Below are positions 41,141 to 51,589 of a DNA stretch of 64,000 nucleotides, piece by piece. The DNA comes from Beijerinckiaceae bacterium (GTDB lineage Bacteria > Pseudomonadota > Alphaproteobacteria > Rhizobiales > Beijerinckiaceae). Every line of letters begins with the position of its first letter. Position 1 is the first letter of the stretch. The position numbers and the translations under genes are program-made. The notes beneath the pieces were generated by a model. That model did no database searches, was not told the DNA's origin, and was given only the letters and a program-made list of their open reading frames with translations. The stretch covers positions 9,218 to 73,217 of the forward strand of contig DASZIL010000151.1 of NCBI GenBank assembly GCA_035949255.1, in the 5' to 3' direction.

Positions 41141-42471
41141 AGCTCGAGGCGAAGGGCGGCACGCTCCAATCCATGCGGGGGCTATGCGGTTGCGCCGTCG
41201 CGCTCATCGGCTTGGCGCTCATCGCGCGCCATGCGCAATGGCTCGATGATTTTAATCTCTTCGTCCCGACGGTTTGGGCACAATGCCTCGTCTACGCGCT
41301 CAGCGCCTTTTTATTGCTGCAGCGATGGCCCTCGGCCGGCGATGGCCGCATCCTATTGGCGGTCATCCTTTGCGTCGCGGTGATCTTGCGCCTCATCGCG
41401 TTCGAGACCCCGCCGAATTTCCTCTCGACCGATGTCTATCGCTATGTCTGGGACGGGAGGGTGCAGGGCGCTGGCATCAACCCTTATCTTTACATTCCCT
41501 CCGACCCGGCGGTGGCTTCGCTTCGCGACGATGCGATCTACCCTCATATCAACCGGCTTTATTCGGCGCCGACGATCTATCCGCCTTTCGCGCAAATGGC
41601 GTTCTTCGCCATCACGCGCTTCGCCGAGAGCGTCAATTCGATGCGGCTCGCCATGCTGGGATTCGAGGCGATCGCCGTTCTTGCGCTTGCGGTGCTGCTG
41701 AAGCGCCAGCGCCTGCCCGTGCATCGCCTCGCGCTTTACCTTTGGCATCCTCTCCCGATCTGGGAATTCGCTTGCGGCGCCCATGTCGACGCGGTCGTGC
41801 TCGCGATGTCGCTTCTCGCCATCATCGCCGCGATGTCGAATAGGCGAAGCCTTTCGGGTGCGTTGCTCGCCGCCGCGGCGCTCACGAAATTCCTTCCCGT
41901 CGCCATCGCGCCCGCTCTCTATCGACGTTGGGATTGGCGCATGCCGGCAGCCTTCCTCGTCGTGGTCGTCTGCTCCTACGCGCTCTATTTAAGCGCTGGG
42001 TCGAAAGTGCTCGGCTTCCTCGAAAGCTACGCCGCGGAGGAAGGCATGACGCAAGGCCAAGGCGTGTTCATCGCCATGCTCTTGCAGGACATCGGGCTCG
42101 CGCCGCTGCCGGCGTTGCTAGGCTTTGCCGCCATCGCCTCGGCGGTGCTCGGAACGATGGTGATCCGGGCCCTTTCACGAAATCGTGACATGGAGGCGAT
42201 GCCGGCGCTCGCGGGAGGATTGGCGATCGCGACCCTCGTGCTGATTTCGCCCCATTACTCCTGGTATTTCTGCTGGCTCGTGCCGTTCATCTGTTTTCTG
42301 CCGAGAGCGTCCCTGATCTGCCTGACCTCGACCGTGTTTTATCTTTACCTTACGGATGAGCCCTTCAGCCTCTTGACGGACCTCTTGATCTACGCTCCCG
42401 CACTCGCGCTGTTCGTTTTCGAGCAGCGCCGGTTTTTCGTGCCGCTCCTGCAACAAGGATCGATCCCGTGA
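41137..42471 (+). CDS. Polytopic GT-C fold glycosyltransferase (GT87/DUF2029-like)
   Basis: LSTDVYRYVWDGRVQGAGINPY, TIYPPFAQ, WHPLPIWE...HVD, TKF and HYSWY; about 11 TM segments; GTGA overlap. Confidence 0.8.
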   Translation: MKLEAKGGTLQSMRGLCGCAVALIGLALIARHAQWLDDFNLFVPTVWAQCLVYALSAFLLLQRWPSAGDGRILLAVILCVAVILRLIAFETPPNFLSTDVYRYVWDGRVQGAGINPYLYIPSDPAVASLRDDAIYPHINRLYSAPTIYPPFAQMAFFAITRFAESVNSMRLAMLGFEAIAVLALAVLLKRQRLPVHRLALYLWHPLPIWEFACGAHVDAVVLAMSLLAIIAAMSNRRSLSGALLAAAALTKFLPVAIAPALYRRWDWRMPAAFLVVVVCSYALYLSAGSKVLGFLESYAAEEGMTQGQGVFIAMLLQDIGLAPLPALLGFAAIASAVLGTMVIRALSRNRDMEAMPALAGGLAIATLVLISPHYSWYFCWLVPFICFLPRASLICLTSTVFYLYLTDEPFSLLTDLLIYAPALALFVFEQRRFFVPLLQQGSIP

Positions 42472-43526
42472 CTGTCCAACCGCGCTTCCCCGACGTCAGC
42501 CGCCGTTATTTCGAGGAGGTCTCGCAAGAACGCGAGGCCCATGCCGCGAAGGACCCGGTCTGCCTCTATCTCGAGGTGACGAACCGCTGCAACCTGCCAT
42601 GCACCACTTGCCCGCGGACGTTCGAGGAGCTGGAGCCGGAGAAGGACATGGCCTGGGACATGTTCACCTCGATCGTCGACCAGTTCCAAAGCGTGAAGCG
42701 CGTTGTCCTGCATGGTGTCGGCGAGCCGATGATGGTGAAGGATTTGCCGCGCATGGTGTCCTACCTCAAGGCGCGTGGCGTCTACGTCCTGTTCAACACC
42801 AACGGCACTCTGCTCAAGACGAAGAAGAGCCGCGAGCTTATCGAGGCCGGCCTCGACGAATTGCGCGTCTCGCTCGACGCCGCCGAGGCCGGCGCCTACG
42901 CCAAGATTCGCGGCCGCGACATGTTCGATGCCATCGTGCGCAACCTCAAGGGCTTCCTCGGTCTCAAGCAGGAGATGGGCGTCGAACACCCGCGCGTCTC
43001 GCTCTGGTTGACGGGGCTGAAGGAGACGATCGAGCAGCTTCCCGCCTTTATCGACGTCGCGCATCAGATCGGGGTGAAGGAGGTGCATCTGCAGCGCCTC
43101 GTCTATTTCCCCGAAGGCCAGGGAATGGCGCGCCCCTCTTCCTCGCTTTTCGAAAGCATCGATACTGCCGAGCGCGTTTACATTGACCGCGCCAAGGCGC
43201 GGGCGCAGGAGCTCGGCGTGTTCTTCGATGCCTCGGGCGCGTCCGAGCCCGAGGAGAGCCTCACGCGAGATATCAACGGCAAGCCCTGGTCGATGTGCCG
43301 CAGGCCCTGGTCGTTGATGTATTTCACGGCCCATGGCCGGGCCCTCCCTTGCTGCATCGCGCCCTTCTCCATGCACGGCTATGACAGCTTCACGCTTGGC
43401 GATGCGAAGACGCAATCGCTCGCCGAAATCTGGAACGGGCCGGCCTACCGCCAATTCCGCGAGGAACTCTTGAGCGAGAAGCCGCCTTCGGCCTGCGCCA
43501 ATTGCGGCCTGCGTTGGAGCTTGTGA
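42468..43526 (+). CDS. Radical SAM protein with C-terminal twitch/SPASM domain
   Basis: CNLPCTTC, HGVGEP and NTNG; auxiliary-cluster cysteines CRRPW, PCC and CANC; GTGA overlap. Confidence 0.92.
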   Translation: MTVQPRFPDVSRRYFEEVSQEREAHAAKDPVCLYLEVTNRCNLPCTTCPRTFEELEPEKDMAWDMFTSIVDQFQSVKRVVLHGVGEPMMVKDLPRMVSYLKARGVYVLFNTNGTLLKTKKSRELIEAGLDELRVSLDAAEAGAYAKIRGRDMFDAIVRNLKGFLGLKQEMGVEHPRVSLWLTGLKETIEQLPAFIDVAHQIGVKEVHLQRLVYFPEGQGMARPSSSLFESIDTAERVYIDRAKARAQELGVFFDASGASEPEESLTRDINGKPWSMCRRPWSLMYFTAHGRALPCCIAPFSMHGYDSFTLGDAKTQSLAEIWNGPAYRQFREELLSEKPPSACANCGLRWSL

Positions 43527-44347
43527 GCGAGACGGCAAGAATGGCGCTGACGCCCGGCATGGCTTTACCGATTTCCGACCGCGATCGGCCGGGTGGCGCG
43601 CCTTCTCGTGAGCCCGTGGAAGCACAAAAGCGCATCGCGCTCGTCATCCCCACGCTCAACGAGGAGGAGGCGATCGGGCCCCTCCTCGCGCGTTTGCCTT
43701 CGGGCGTTGTCGATAAGGTCATCATCGCCGACGGCGGCAGCACCGACAGGACGCTCGAGCGCGCCCGTGAAATGGGCGCAACCGCGATCGAGGCCGGGCG
43801 TGGCTATGGGCGCGCATGCTGGCGAGGCGCGCTCGCGGCTGGAGATGATTGCGCGATCGTGGCGTTCATGGACGGCGACGGCGCGGACAAGCCCGAGCTC
43901 ATCTCGCGCCTCATCGGGCCGATCATGAAGGGGGAAGCCGATTTCGTCATCGGCTCCCGGCTGCGGGGAACGCGCGTTAAGGGAAGCATGTCCGCCCATC
44001 AGATCATCGCCGGTCTCGCGCTCGGATATGCGATGCGGCTTTCCCATGGCGTTCGCTACACCGACATGTGCGCTTTTCGCGCGATCCGCCGCTCGAGCTT
44101 GATGGCGCTTGGCATGCGCGAGATGACCTATGGCTGGAATATCGAGATGCAGATGCGGGCCGCGGCCGCGCAGCTGCGCATTCTCGAATTGCCCGTCGAT
44201 TACGGCTTGCGCGAAGGCGGCGTCTCGAAGGTCGCCGGCAGCCTGCGCGGCACGCTGCGCGCGAGCACGCGCATCATCGCGACTTTCCTTCGCGTTTGGC
44301 GCGAAACGAGGACGGCTCAGCCAAAAGGCGACGCTCGGGACGGCTGA
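43523..44347 (+). CDS. GT2 glycosyltransferase, DPM1-like (polyprenyl-phosphate sugar synthase type)
   Basis: IPTLNEE, ADGGSTD, GYGRAC, MDGDG, GSR, YTDMCAFRAI and SKV. The GTG at 43523 overlaps the radical SAM stop (GTGA). Confidence 0.88.
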   Translation: MSETARMALTPGMALPISDRDRPGGAPSREPVEAQKRIALVIPTLNEEEAIGPLLARLPSGVVDKVIIADGGSTDRTLERAREMGATAIEAGRGYGRACWRGALAAGDDCAIVAFMDGDGADKPELISRLIGPIMKGEADFVIGSRLRGTRVKGSMSAHQIIAGLALGYAMRLSHGVRYTDMCAFRAIRRSSLMALGMREMTYGWNIEMQMRAAAAQLRILELPVDYGLREGGVSKVAGSLRGTLRASTRIIATFLRVWRETRTAQPKGDARDG

Positions 44348-44381
44348 GTGAGCTTCCCGAGATGTGCCCCTTGGGGCCGGC

Positions 44382-45161
44382 TCACACCCGCCGCTCGACC
44401 ATCATCTTCTTGATCTCGGCGATGGCCTTCGCCGGGTTGAGGCCCTTGGGGCAGGTCTGCGCACAATTCATGATGGTGTGGCAGCGGTAGAGGCGGAAAG
44501 GGTCTTCGAGATGATCGAGCCTTTCGCCCGTCGCCTCGTCGCGTGAATCGATCAGCCAGCGATAGGCCTGAAGCAGCGCGGCCGGGCCGAGATAGCGCTC
44601 GCCGTTCCACCAATAGCTCGGGCATGAGGTCGAGCAGCAGGCGCAGAGGATGCATTCGTAAAGCCCATCGAGCTTGGCGCGATCGGCTTCGGACTGGCGC
44701 CACTCCTTCTCGGGCTCACGCGTTTGCGTCTGCAGCCAAGGCTCGATCGAGGCGTGTTGCGCGTAAAAAGTCGTCATGTCCGGCACGAGGTCCTTGACCA
44801 CGGCCATATGCGGCAAGGGATAGATCTTGATCGGGTGCTTCACCTCGTCCATGCCGCGCGTGCAGGCGAGCGTGTTGCCGCCATCGATATTCATCGCGCA
44901 AGAGCCACAAATGCCTTCGCGGCAAGAGCGGCGAAAGGTGAGCGTCGGGTCGATCTTCGATTTGATCCAGATGAGCCCGTCGAGGATCATCGGGCCGCAA
45001 TCGCCGCGATCGACGAAATAAGTTTCGACGCGCGGATTGGCGCCCGTGTCGGGATCGTAGCGATAAATGCGAAACTCGGTGACCGATTTTGCACCTTGCG
45101 GCCTAGGCCAGATCTTGCCGGCCGTGATCTTAGAGTTCTTGGGAAGTGCGAATTCAACCAT
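44382..45161 (-). CDS. sdhB: Succinate dehydrogenase iron-sulfur subunit
   Basis: [22 protein letters not shown] and [12 protein letters not shown]. Confidence 0.97.
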   Translation of the reverse strand: MVEFALPKNSKITAGKIWPRPQGAKSVTEFRIYRYDPDTGANPRVETYFVDRGDCGPMILDGLIWIKSKIDPTLTFRRSCREGICGSCAMNIDGGNTLACTRGMDEVKHPIKIYPLPHMAVVKDLVPDMTTFYAQHASIEPWLQTQTREPEKEWRQSEADRAKLDGLYECILCACCSTSCPSYWWNGERYLGPAALLQAYRWLIDSRDEATGERLDHLEDPFRLYRCHTIMNCAQTCPKGLNPAKAIAEIKKMMVERRV

Positions 45162-45251
45162 TGATGATTTCAATCCCGAATAAGCCCCGTATCGCGGTTC
45201 GAACCGAAGCTCGCCACCCGATACCCTGGATCATTTTCTGTCGGATATTCC

Positions 45252-47096
45252 TCAATACACCCTGGCCTTCGGCTCGATATAGGCGATGTCGTTCGAGAGC
45301 GTGAAGCTGTGCACCGGGCGATAGTCGATTTTCACCTCGCGCTTCTCCGGGTCGATCCAGGAAAGCGTGTGCTTCATCCATTGCTTGTCGTCGCGATCGG
45401 GGAAATCTTCACGCGCATGCGCGCCGCGGCTTTCCGTCCGGTTGAGCGCCGAGTCCATGGTGACGACGGCCTGGACGACGAGGTTGTCGAGCTCGAGCGT
45501 CTCGACGAGGTCGGAGTTCCAGATCAGCGATCGATCGGTGACGTTGATATCGTCGATACCTTTCCACACATCGTGGATGAGCTTGTGGCCTTCCTCCAGC
45601 ACCTCCCCGGTGCGGAACACCGCGCAATTCGATTGCATCACCCGTTGCATCTTGTCGCGCAACTGCGCGGTCGGCGTGCCTCCCTTGGCATGGCGGAAGC
45701 GGTCGAGCCGCGTGAGCGCGAGCTCACCCGCGTCGGCGGGAAGCTCCGGCTGTGATTCGCCAGCATGGAGCAGCTCGGCGCAGCGCAGACCCGCGGCGCG
45801 CCCGAAGACGACGAGATCGATGAGCGAGTTCGAGCCGAGGCGGTTTGCGCCATGCACCGAGACGCAAGCGGCCTCCCCGATCGCCATCAGGCCCCGCACG
45901 ACCGCGTCGTCGTCGGCACCCTTCTTGGTGAGCACCTCGGCGTGGTACGAGGTCGGCACGCCGCCCATGTTGTAGTGGACGGTCGGCAGCACCGGGATCG
46001 GCTCCTTGGTGAGATCGACGCCGGCGAAAATCTTCGCGCTCTCGGAAATGCCCGGAAGGCGCTCATGCAGCACCTTCGGATCGAGGTGGTCGAGGTGAAG
46101 GAAAATATGATCCTTCTTGGCGCCGACGCCTCGGCCTTCCCGGATCTCGATCGTCATTGAACGTGAGACGACGTCGCGCGACGCGAGGTCCTTGGCCGAG
46201 GGCGCGTAACGCTCCATGAAGCGCTCGCCTTCGGAATTCGTGAGATAACCGCCCTCCCCTCGCGCCCCTTCGGTGATCAAACAACCAGCGCCGTAAATGC
46301 CGGTCGGATGAAATTGCACGAATTCCATGTCCTGGAGCGGCAAGCCGGCGCGCAGCGCCATGGCGCTGCCGTCGCCCGTGCAGGTATGGGCGGAAGTCGC
46401 GGAGAAATAGGCGCGGCCATAGCCGCCGGTCGCGAGCACGGTCATCTTCGCGCGGAAGCGGTGGAGAGTGCCGTCGTCGAGCTTCAGCGCCACGACGCCT
46501 CGGCAGCGGCCTTCCTGATCCATGATCAGGTCGATGGCGAAATATTCGATGAAGAACTGGCTTCGCTCCTTCACCGCCTGGCCGTAGAGCGTGTGCAAGA
46601 TCGCGTGGCCGGTGCGGTCGGCGGCGGCGCAAGTGCGCTGCGCCTGGCCGCCATGGCCGTAATCCTTGGTCATGCCGCCGAACGGGCGCTGAAAAATCCG
46701 GCCATCTTCCGTGCGCGAGAAGGGCACGCCCCAATGCTCGAGCTCGTAGACGGCGGCCGGCGCGTTGCGCACCAGATATTCGATCGCGTCCTGGTCGCCC
46801 AGCCAGTCCGACCCTTTCACCGTGTCGTACATATGCCAGCGCCAATCGTCGGGATGCATATTGCCGAGCGCGGCCGAGATGCCGCCTTGCGCCGCGACCG
46901 TGTGCGAACGCGTCGGGAAGACCTTGGTGATGCAGGCGGTCTTGAGTCCGGCTTCGGCGCATCCGACCGTCGCGCGCAAGCCTGCCCCTCCGGCGCCGAC
47001 GACCACCACATCGAACGCATGATCCGTGATCGCATAGGCCTTGCCGTTCTGCGCGGGGGCCGTTCCGTTCGCCTTGCCGTTCATCGCCATGGTCAT
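45252..47096 (-). CDS. sdhA: Succinate dehydrogenase flavoprotein subunit
   Basis: [19 protein letters not shown]-His motif, [16 protein letters not shown] and ESRGAH. Confidence 0.97.
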   Translation of the reverse strand: MTMAMNGKANGTAPAQNGKAYAITDHAFDVVVVGAGGAGLRATVGCAEAGLKTACITKVFPTRSHTVAAQGGISAALGNMHPDDWRWHMYDTVKGSDWLGDQDAIEYLVRNAPAAVYELEHWGVPFSRTEDGRIFQRPFGGMTKDYGHGGQAQRTCAAADRTGHAILHTLYGQAVKERSQFFIEYFAIDLIMDQEGRCRGVVALKLDDGTLHRFRAKMTVLATGGYGRAYFSATSAHTCTGDGSAMALRAGLPLQDMEFVQFHPTGIYGAGCLITEGARGEGGYLTNSEGERFMERYAPSAKDLASRDVVSRSMTIEIREGRGVGAKKDHIFLHLDHLDPKVLHERLPGISESAKIFAGVDLTKEPIPVLPTVHYNMGGVPTSYHAEVLTKKGADDDAVVRGLMAIGEAACVSVHGANRLGSNSLIDLVVFGRAAGLRCAELLHAGESQPELPADAGELALTRLDRFRHAKGGTPTAQLRDKMQRVMQSNCAVFRTGEVLEEGHKLIHDVWKGIDDINVTDRSLIWNSDLVETLELDNLVVQAVVTMDSALNRTESRGAHAREDFPDRDDKQWMKHTLSWIDPEKREVKIDYRPVHSFTLSNDIAYIEPKARVY

Positions 47097-47101
47097 CTTC
47101 C

Positions 47102-47500
47102 TCAAACGAGCCGCGCGAGGCCGATCTTCAGAATCGCATAAACGGCCGAGAGCGCGAAGGCGAAGGCAAAAAAGCTGTTGGCGAGAAGCGCCAACAGCTT
47201 CAATCCCTCGCCATGCACATAATCCTCGATGATCACCTGCATGCCGATGCGCATGTGGACGGCGGCGCTGATCACGCCGGCGAGCAGGATGAGCGAGGCG
47301 AAGGGATGCGAGATGACCCTGATCGCTTCGGCATAGGGCTTGCCGATCAGCATCAACACGATGGTGACAAGGCCGATTGCGAGCACAACGTTGGCAAGGC
47401 CCGTGAGGCGCTGATGCCAGAAATGAGCGGTGCCGCTTTTCGCCGAACCGAGCCCCCTGACACGGGCGAGCGGCGTGCGCATGGTGGAGGTCGTCGTCAT
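47102..47500 (-). CDS. sdhD: Succinate dehydrogenase membrane anchor subunit
   Basis: [16 protein letters not shown] and [13 protein letters not shown]. Confidence 0.95.
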   Translation of the reverse strand: MTTTSTMRTPLARVRGLGSAKSGTAHFWHQRLTGLANVVLAIGLVTIVLMLIGKPYAEAIRVISHPFASLILLAGVISAAVHMRIGMQVIIEDYVHGEGLKLLALLANSFFAFAFALSAVYAILKIGLARLV

Positions 47501-47529
47501 GGCGTCACTTTGCTCCCGTCGAGGCCATT

Positions 47530-47925
47530 TCAGTGCCAGGCAAGGGCTACGGCCCAGAGGATGAGGGTCAGCACGGCCGAGCCCGCGAGGTTGGCCCAGG
47601 CGAGCGTATCGCGCGTCCCTGCCTCCATCCCCCTTCCGCTGTCCCAGATGAAGTGCCTGATCCCGCCGAGCATGTGGTGGATAAGCGCGAAGCTGTAGCC
47701 AAAGAGCACGACCCGACCGGGAATGGACCCGAAAACCGCGCTCGCCCTATCGTAAGCGGCCTCACCAGAAGCGGCGGAGAGCAGCAGGAACACGAGCAAA
47801 ACCGTTCCGAAATAGAGCGCGCCGCCAGTGATACGGTGCCCGATCGACATCACCATGGTGATCGGCCAGCGATACACCTGAAGATGGGGGGAAAGCGGGC
47901 GTGAGCGCGTCTGTGTTTCTGTCAT
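47530..47925 (-). CDS. sdhC: Succinate dehydrogenase cytochrome b556 subunit
   Basis: RPLSPHLQVY, SIGHRITG and HHMLGGIRH. Confidence 0.95.
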   Translation of the reverse strand: MTETQTRSRPLSPHLQVYRWPITMVMSIGHRITGGALYFGTVLLVFLLLSAASGEAAYDRASAVFGSIPGRVVLFGYSFALIHHMLGGIRHFIWDSGRGMEAGTRDTLAWANLAGSAVLTLILWAVALAWH

Positions 47926-48104
47926 CGGCCGGAATCCAAAATCCTGGGCACATGGGAGAGGTAATCAAACTTGGCGCGCTGTGCAATGCAGCATGTGCGC
48001 GGCGCGCGAACGTCGGCCATGCGGGGTGAGGCGTCCCCTCCCGCCTTGCCAGGGCTTTCGCACGCGGCCATCATCTTGAACGGTCAAGGAAACAGGAGAT
48101 GATC

Positions 48105-49301
48105 ATGGCGGTCGAGGTGGCCGGCGGCCCGATGAGGGGCAAGCTCGTCCTGCGCAATATTTCCACGCTGTTTTCGGGCGATCTTTCCCATCCCGTTCTC
48201 GATGCCGACACGATCATCGCTGTCGATGGCCGAATCAGCGCGGTCGGCCGGGAAAAGGATCTCGACGCGCACAATCCCGATCTCGTCATCGATGCGAAGG
48301 GATCGGCGCTCGCGCCGGGCTTGATCGACAGCCATTGCCACCCTGCCTTCGGCGATTGGACGCCGCGCCAAAATCAGCTCGGCTGGATCGAAAGCTGCGT
48401 GCATGGCGGGGTCACCACTTTCGTCTCCGCCGGCGAGGTGCATCTTCCCGGAAGGCCGAAGGACCGGCTCGGCGTCAAATCGCTCGCCATCGCGGCCGAG
48501 CGCGCCTTCTCAAATTTCCGCCCGATGGGCGCCAAGGTGCTGGCCGGAGCGCCGGTGCCCGAAAGCATCATGACCGAGGAGGATTATGCCGAGCTCGCCG
48601 AAGCGGGAGTGAAGCGCATCGGCGAGATCGGGCTTGGCACGGTGAACACGGGGCCGGAGGCGAAAAAACATGTCGAATGGGCGCGCAAGCACGGCATCGA
48701 GACCATCATCCACACCGGCGGCCCTTCGATCCCGGGCTCGAACCTGATCAGCCGCGAGATCGTGCTCGAGGCCGACCCCGATGTGATCAGCCACATCAAC
48801 GGCGGGCATACCGCGCTGCCGAAGGGCTGCATTTGCGCCTTGTGCGAACAAGGGCGAGGCGCGATCGAGATCGTCCACAACGGCAATGAGCGAGCGGCCC
48901 TCATCGCGCTCGAAGCGGCCAAGGGCCTCGGCATCATGCACAAGGTGATCCTCGGCACTGACGCGCCGGCGGGCTCTGGCGTGCAGCCGCTTGGCATCTT
49001 GCGCACGCTCGTGTTCCTCTCGAGCTTCGGCGGGCTCAAGGCCGGCGAGGCGATCGCGCTCGCGTCCGGCAATACCGCGAAGATCCGCAACCTCGACGGC
49101 GGCTTGATCGCACCGGGCAGACCTGCGGATTTCGTCTTCATCGATCGCCCGCAGCATTCGGCGGGGAAGACGGTGAGCGAGGCGATCGAGCTCGGCGATA
49201 TCCCCGGCATCGGCATGGTGGTGATCGACGGCAACGTGCGGCTCGCCCGCTCGCGCAACACCCCGCCCGCCGATAAGGTGCCGCGGGTCGTCGAGGGTTG
49301 A
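48105..49301 (+). CDS. ena: Enamidase (amidohydrolase of nicotinate catabolism)
   Basis: Reads directly on the + strand (AGGAG-ATGATC-ATGGCGGTC...GAGGGT-TGA at 49301), although the ORF track labels it '-'. Motifs: PGLIDSHCH, DWTPRQ, SAGEVH, GEIGLG, HTGGPSIPGS, HINGG, HNGN and GTDAPAGSG. Confidence 0.82.
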   Translation: MAVEVAGGPMRGKLVLRNISTLFSGDLSHPVLDADTIIAVDGRISAVGREKDLDAHNPDLVIDAKGSALAPGLIDSHCHPAFGDWTPRQNQLGWIESCVHGGVTTFVSAGEVHLPGRPKDRLGVKSLAIAAERAFSNFRPMGAKVLAGAPVPESIMTEEDYAELAEAGVKRIGEIGLGTVNTGPEAKKHVEWARKHGIETIIHTGGPSIPGSNLISREIVLEADPDVISHINGGHTALPKGCICALCEQGRGAIEIVHNGNERAALIALEAAKGLGIMHKVILGTDAPAGSGVQPLGILRTLVFLSSFGGLKAGEAIALASGNTAKIRNLDGGLIAPGRPADFVFIDRPQHSAGKTVSEAIELGDIPGIGMVVIDGNVRLARSRNTPPADKVPRVVEG

Positions 49302-49307
49302 GGCGGG

Positions 49308-49378
49308 CGATGACCCTCCTCGCTTCGTCGAGGGCGGATCCTCCTCCCCCCGCTCTCCTTCGCAGCGCTTCGGAGAGC
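49308..49378 (+). other. Tandem hairpins with CCUCCUC loops (cuckoo-like RNA structure)
   Basis: CGATGA[CCCTCCTCGCT]TCGTCG, GCGG[ATCCTCCTCCCC]CCGC, then a GCTCTCC/GGAGAGC stem. Confidence 0.35.
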
Positions 49379-49495
49379 TCGGCCGGGGATGATACCGCAC
49401 CTTCCCGCCCGACACCGAGCTTTCCCTGATCGACGAAGCTTCGGCGGCACGCTAAGGACAGCGCGCTTGGAAACATTTGAGGAAGGCACGGATCC

Positions 49496-50254
49496 ATGGC
49501 GTCACAGGAAAAGATCGCGCTCGTGACGGGCGCCAGCAGCGGCGTCGGCCGGGCAACGGCGCATGCGCTGATGAAGGCGGGCTACACGGTCGTGCTGGCC
49601 GGACGTCGCAAGGATGCGCTCGAGGCCACGGCCGCCCAGGGCAAGGCGTTTGGCGGAAAATCCCTCGTGGTGGCCGCCGACGTCACCGATCACGCCTCCG
49701 TCAAGGCGCTCTTCGCCAGGACGAAGGAGGCTTTCGGGCGCCTCGATGTCCTATTCAACAATGCCGGCATCGGCGCGCCGCCCGTCCCGATGGAGGAGCT
49801 CACTTACGAGCAGTGGAAGAAGGTCGTCGACACCAATCTTTCGGGCCCCTTCTTGTGCACGCAAGAAGCGATCAAGATCATGAAGGCGCAATCGCCGCGC
49901 GGCGGCCGCATCATCAACAACGGCTCGATCTCGGCGCATACGCCGCGCCCCAACTCCGCCCCTTACACCTCGACCAAGCACGCCATCACGGGCCTCACGA
50001 AATCGACCGCGCTTGACGGGCGAGCTCACGATATCGCCTGCGGGCAGGTCGACATCGGCAACGCGGCTTCCGAGATGACCGAGCGCATGAAATCAGGCGT
50101 TCCGCAGGCCGATGGTTCGACGAAGGTCGAGCCCGTGATGGCGGCCGAGAATGTCGCAAGCGCGGTGGTTTACATGGCGAGCCTTCCGCCCGACGCGAAT
50201 GTGCTCTTCCTCACGGTGATGGCGACGAAAATGCCCTTCGTTGGGCGGGGATAA
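49496..50254 (+). CDS. Short-chain dehydrogenase/reductase
   Basis: [15 protein letters not shown] and YTSTK catalytic motif. Confidence 0.92.
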   Translation: MASQEKIALVTGASSGVGRATAHALMKAGYTVVLAGRRKDALEATAAQGKAFGGKSLVVAADVTDHASVKALFARTKEAFGRLDVLFNNAGIGAPPVPMEELTYEQWKKVVDTNLSGPFLCTQEAIKIMKAQSPRGGRIINNGSISAHTPRPNSAPYTSTKHAITGLTKSTALDGRAHDIACGQVDIGNAASEMTERMKSGVPQADGSTKVEPVMAAENVASAVVYMASLPPDANVLFLTVMATKMPFVGRG

Positions 50255-50405
50255 TCATCTCCTTAGCGAGCCGCCGCCGTGACGGCCGGCGTTGCTCGCA
50301 AGGTGGCCGTCACCCAGCGGCCTGTTCTTGGCTTGGCGTGCGTTTACCCCCTATGGATCAGTGGGGCGCAAGCGCGCCACGCCCCCGATCCACGTGGCGC
50401 GAGCA

Positions 50406-50434
50406 TTGACGTGCGCCCAAGCCTCTTCTATCAC
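50406..50434 (+). promoter_or_regulatory. Sigma70-like promoter of tRNA-Asp
   Basis: TTGACG-N17-TATCAC ending 11 nt before the tRNA. Confidence 0.55.
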
Positions 50435-50445
50435 GCGCACGCTAT

Positions 50446-50522
<77 letters not shown>

Positions 50523-50583
50523 GTGTTTTCAGGCGCTTAGGCATGGATCTTCTTTCACGGTTAGAATCGCCAAGCCGGCGCCG

Positions 50584-51130
50584 TTAAACTTTTGTGCCCC
50601 GTATGGCCGTCCGGCCATCGAGCCTGGCGCGGTCCACCATTCGGATAACAGCACTGTTCACGGGCAAATATGTGCGCTCGCGGGTTGGTGGCGATGGAAT
50701 TGGCCATCTTCGAGCCGATTTGCTCTGCGCTCGCGCCGCCGGCAAGTGCTCCGGTCGCGCCGGAGCGACGAGCATCCATAAGCATGCGCGTGTCGCCTGG
50801 AAAGATTCTGGCACGGACAGCCCGAAAATCGTCTCCCAGCGTGTCCTTGGAATACGCGGCGCGCGAGCGGTTACGGAACAGCGGGGATCCGCAAATCGTT
50901 TCGGGGGTGTTCTTAAGATAGTTGTCCATCAGTCGGCGTGTCCTGGCGCTTAATGTCCCAATTGCAGTCTTGCCGGTCTTCGCCCTCGGTATTCTGAAAC
51001 CATCGGAACATATATGCTCCCTGGCCAGTCGGTGGGCGTCCACGGGGCTGAATCCGGTATCCCAAGCGATTGCGATCACGACGGCAAGGCCGTGATAGCC
51101 CAATCGCCGTGCGGCCTTGATGAGCCGCAC
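50584..51130 (-). pseudogene. Tyrosine integrase remnant (N-terminus missing, frameshifted)
   Basis: AWDTGFSPVD, RAKTG and DARRSGA in one frame; the C-terminal RTYLPVN (catalytic Tyr)...GTKV* lies in another frame (track ORF 50584..50814). Confidence 0.75.
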
Positions 51131-51264
51131 GATCTTAGGCCTGTGACGGCTTAGCGAGTGGCAGGGGCTTTCGAACCGGACTTACACTTGCTCCCCGTTG
51201 CTGTATAGCCGAATAACTGTATTTTGATTGTCCCAGTCGTAAAATTTTTACGCGGGGGGTTAGG

Positions 51265-51378
51265 AGTCCCGCCGCAACCCCACCCCACCCAGCGAACATA
51301 GAGGATGGGGCCTGCCTGGTTTGGATTTGCTTAGGGTGGGGCGGGGGTGCGCTATTGGGGTGAATGTTGGAAATGGAC
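51265..51378. repeat. ~113-bp G/C-run direct repeat, copy 1
   Basis: Shares blocks AGTCCCGC, ACCCCACCCAGC-AACAT, TTGCTTAGGG, GGGCGGGGGT, TTGGGG-GAA-GTTGG and ATGGAC with 53184-53295. Confidence 0.75.
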
Positions 51379-51589
51379 GGATAAGAGCTGCCGATGGTCT
51401 GGCAATCTATCAGTGTCTTACCGCAAAGTTAGACGGAGGAGCCCTCCGCAACTGCAACGACATGCGCTCGCGCCTGCCGCACGATTTCAGCCACCCATGC
51501 AACATCACATCCTGACTAGGCTTCCTCCCTAATGCGCAAACGGCCGCTGGCGGATTCAGAAGGAACATTAGCTAGACTTGGTTTGACCT

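Noticed and set aside
48099-49301. ORF-track strand label '-' for the 400-aa amidohydrolase
   Set aside because: The given translation reads directly on the + strand (ATGATCATGGCG at 48099, TGA ending 49301), so it is reported as +.
51510-51560. TTCCTCCCT motif in the island as a second MmgR-like sRNA
   Set aside because: Only a 4-bp flanking stem and no + strand terminator; insufficient support.
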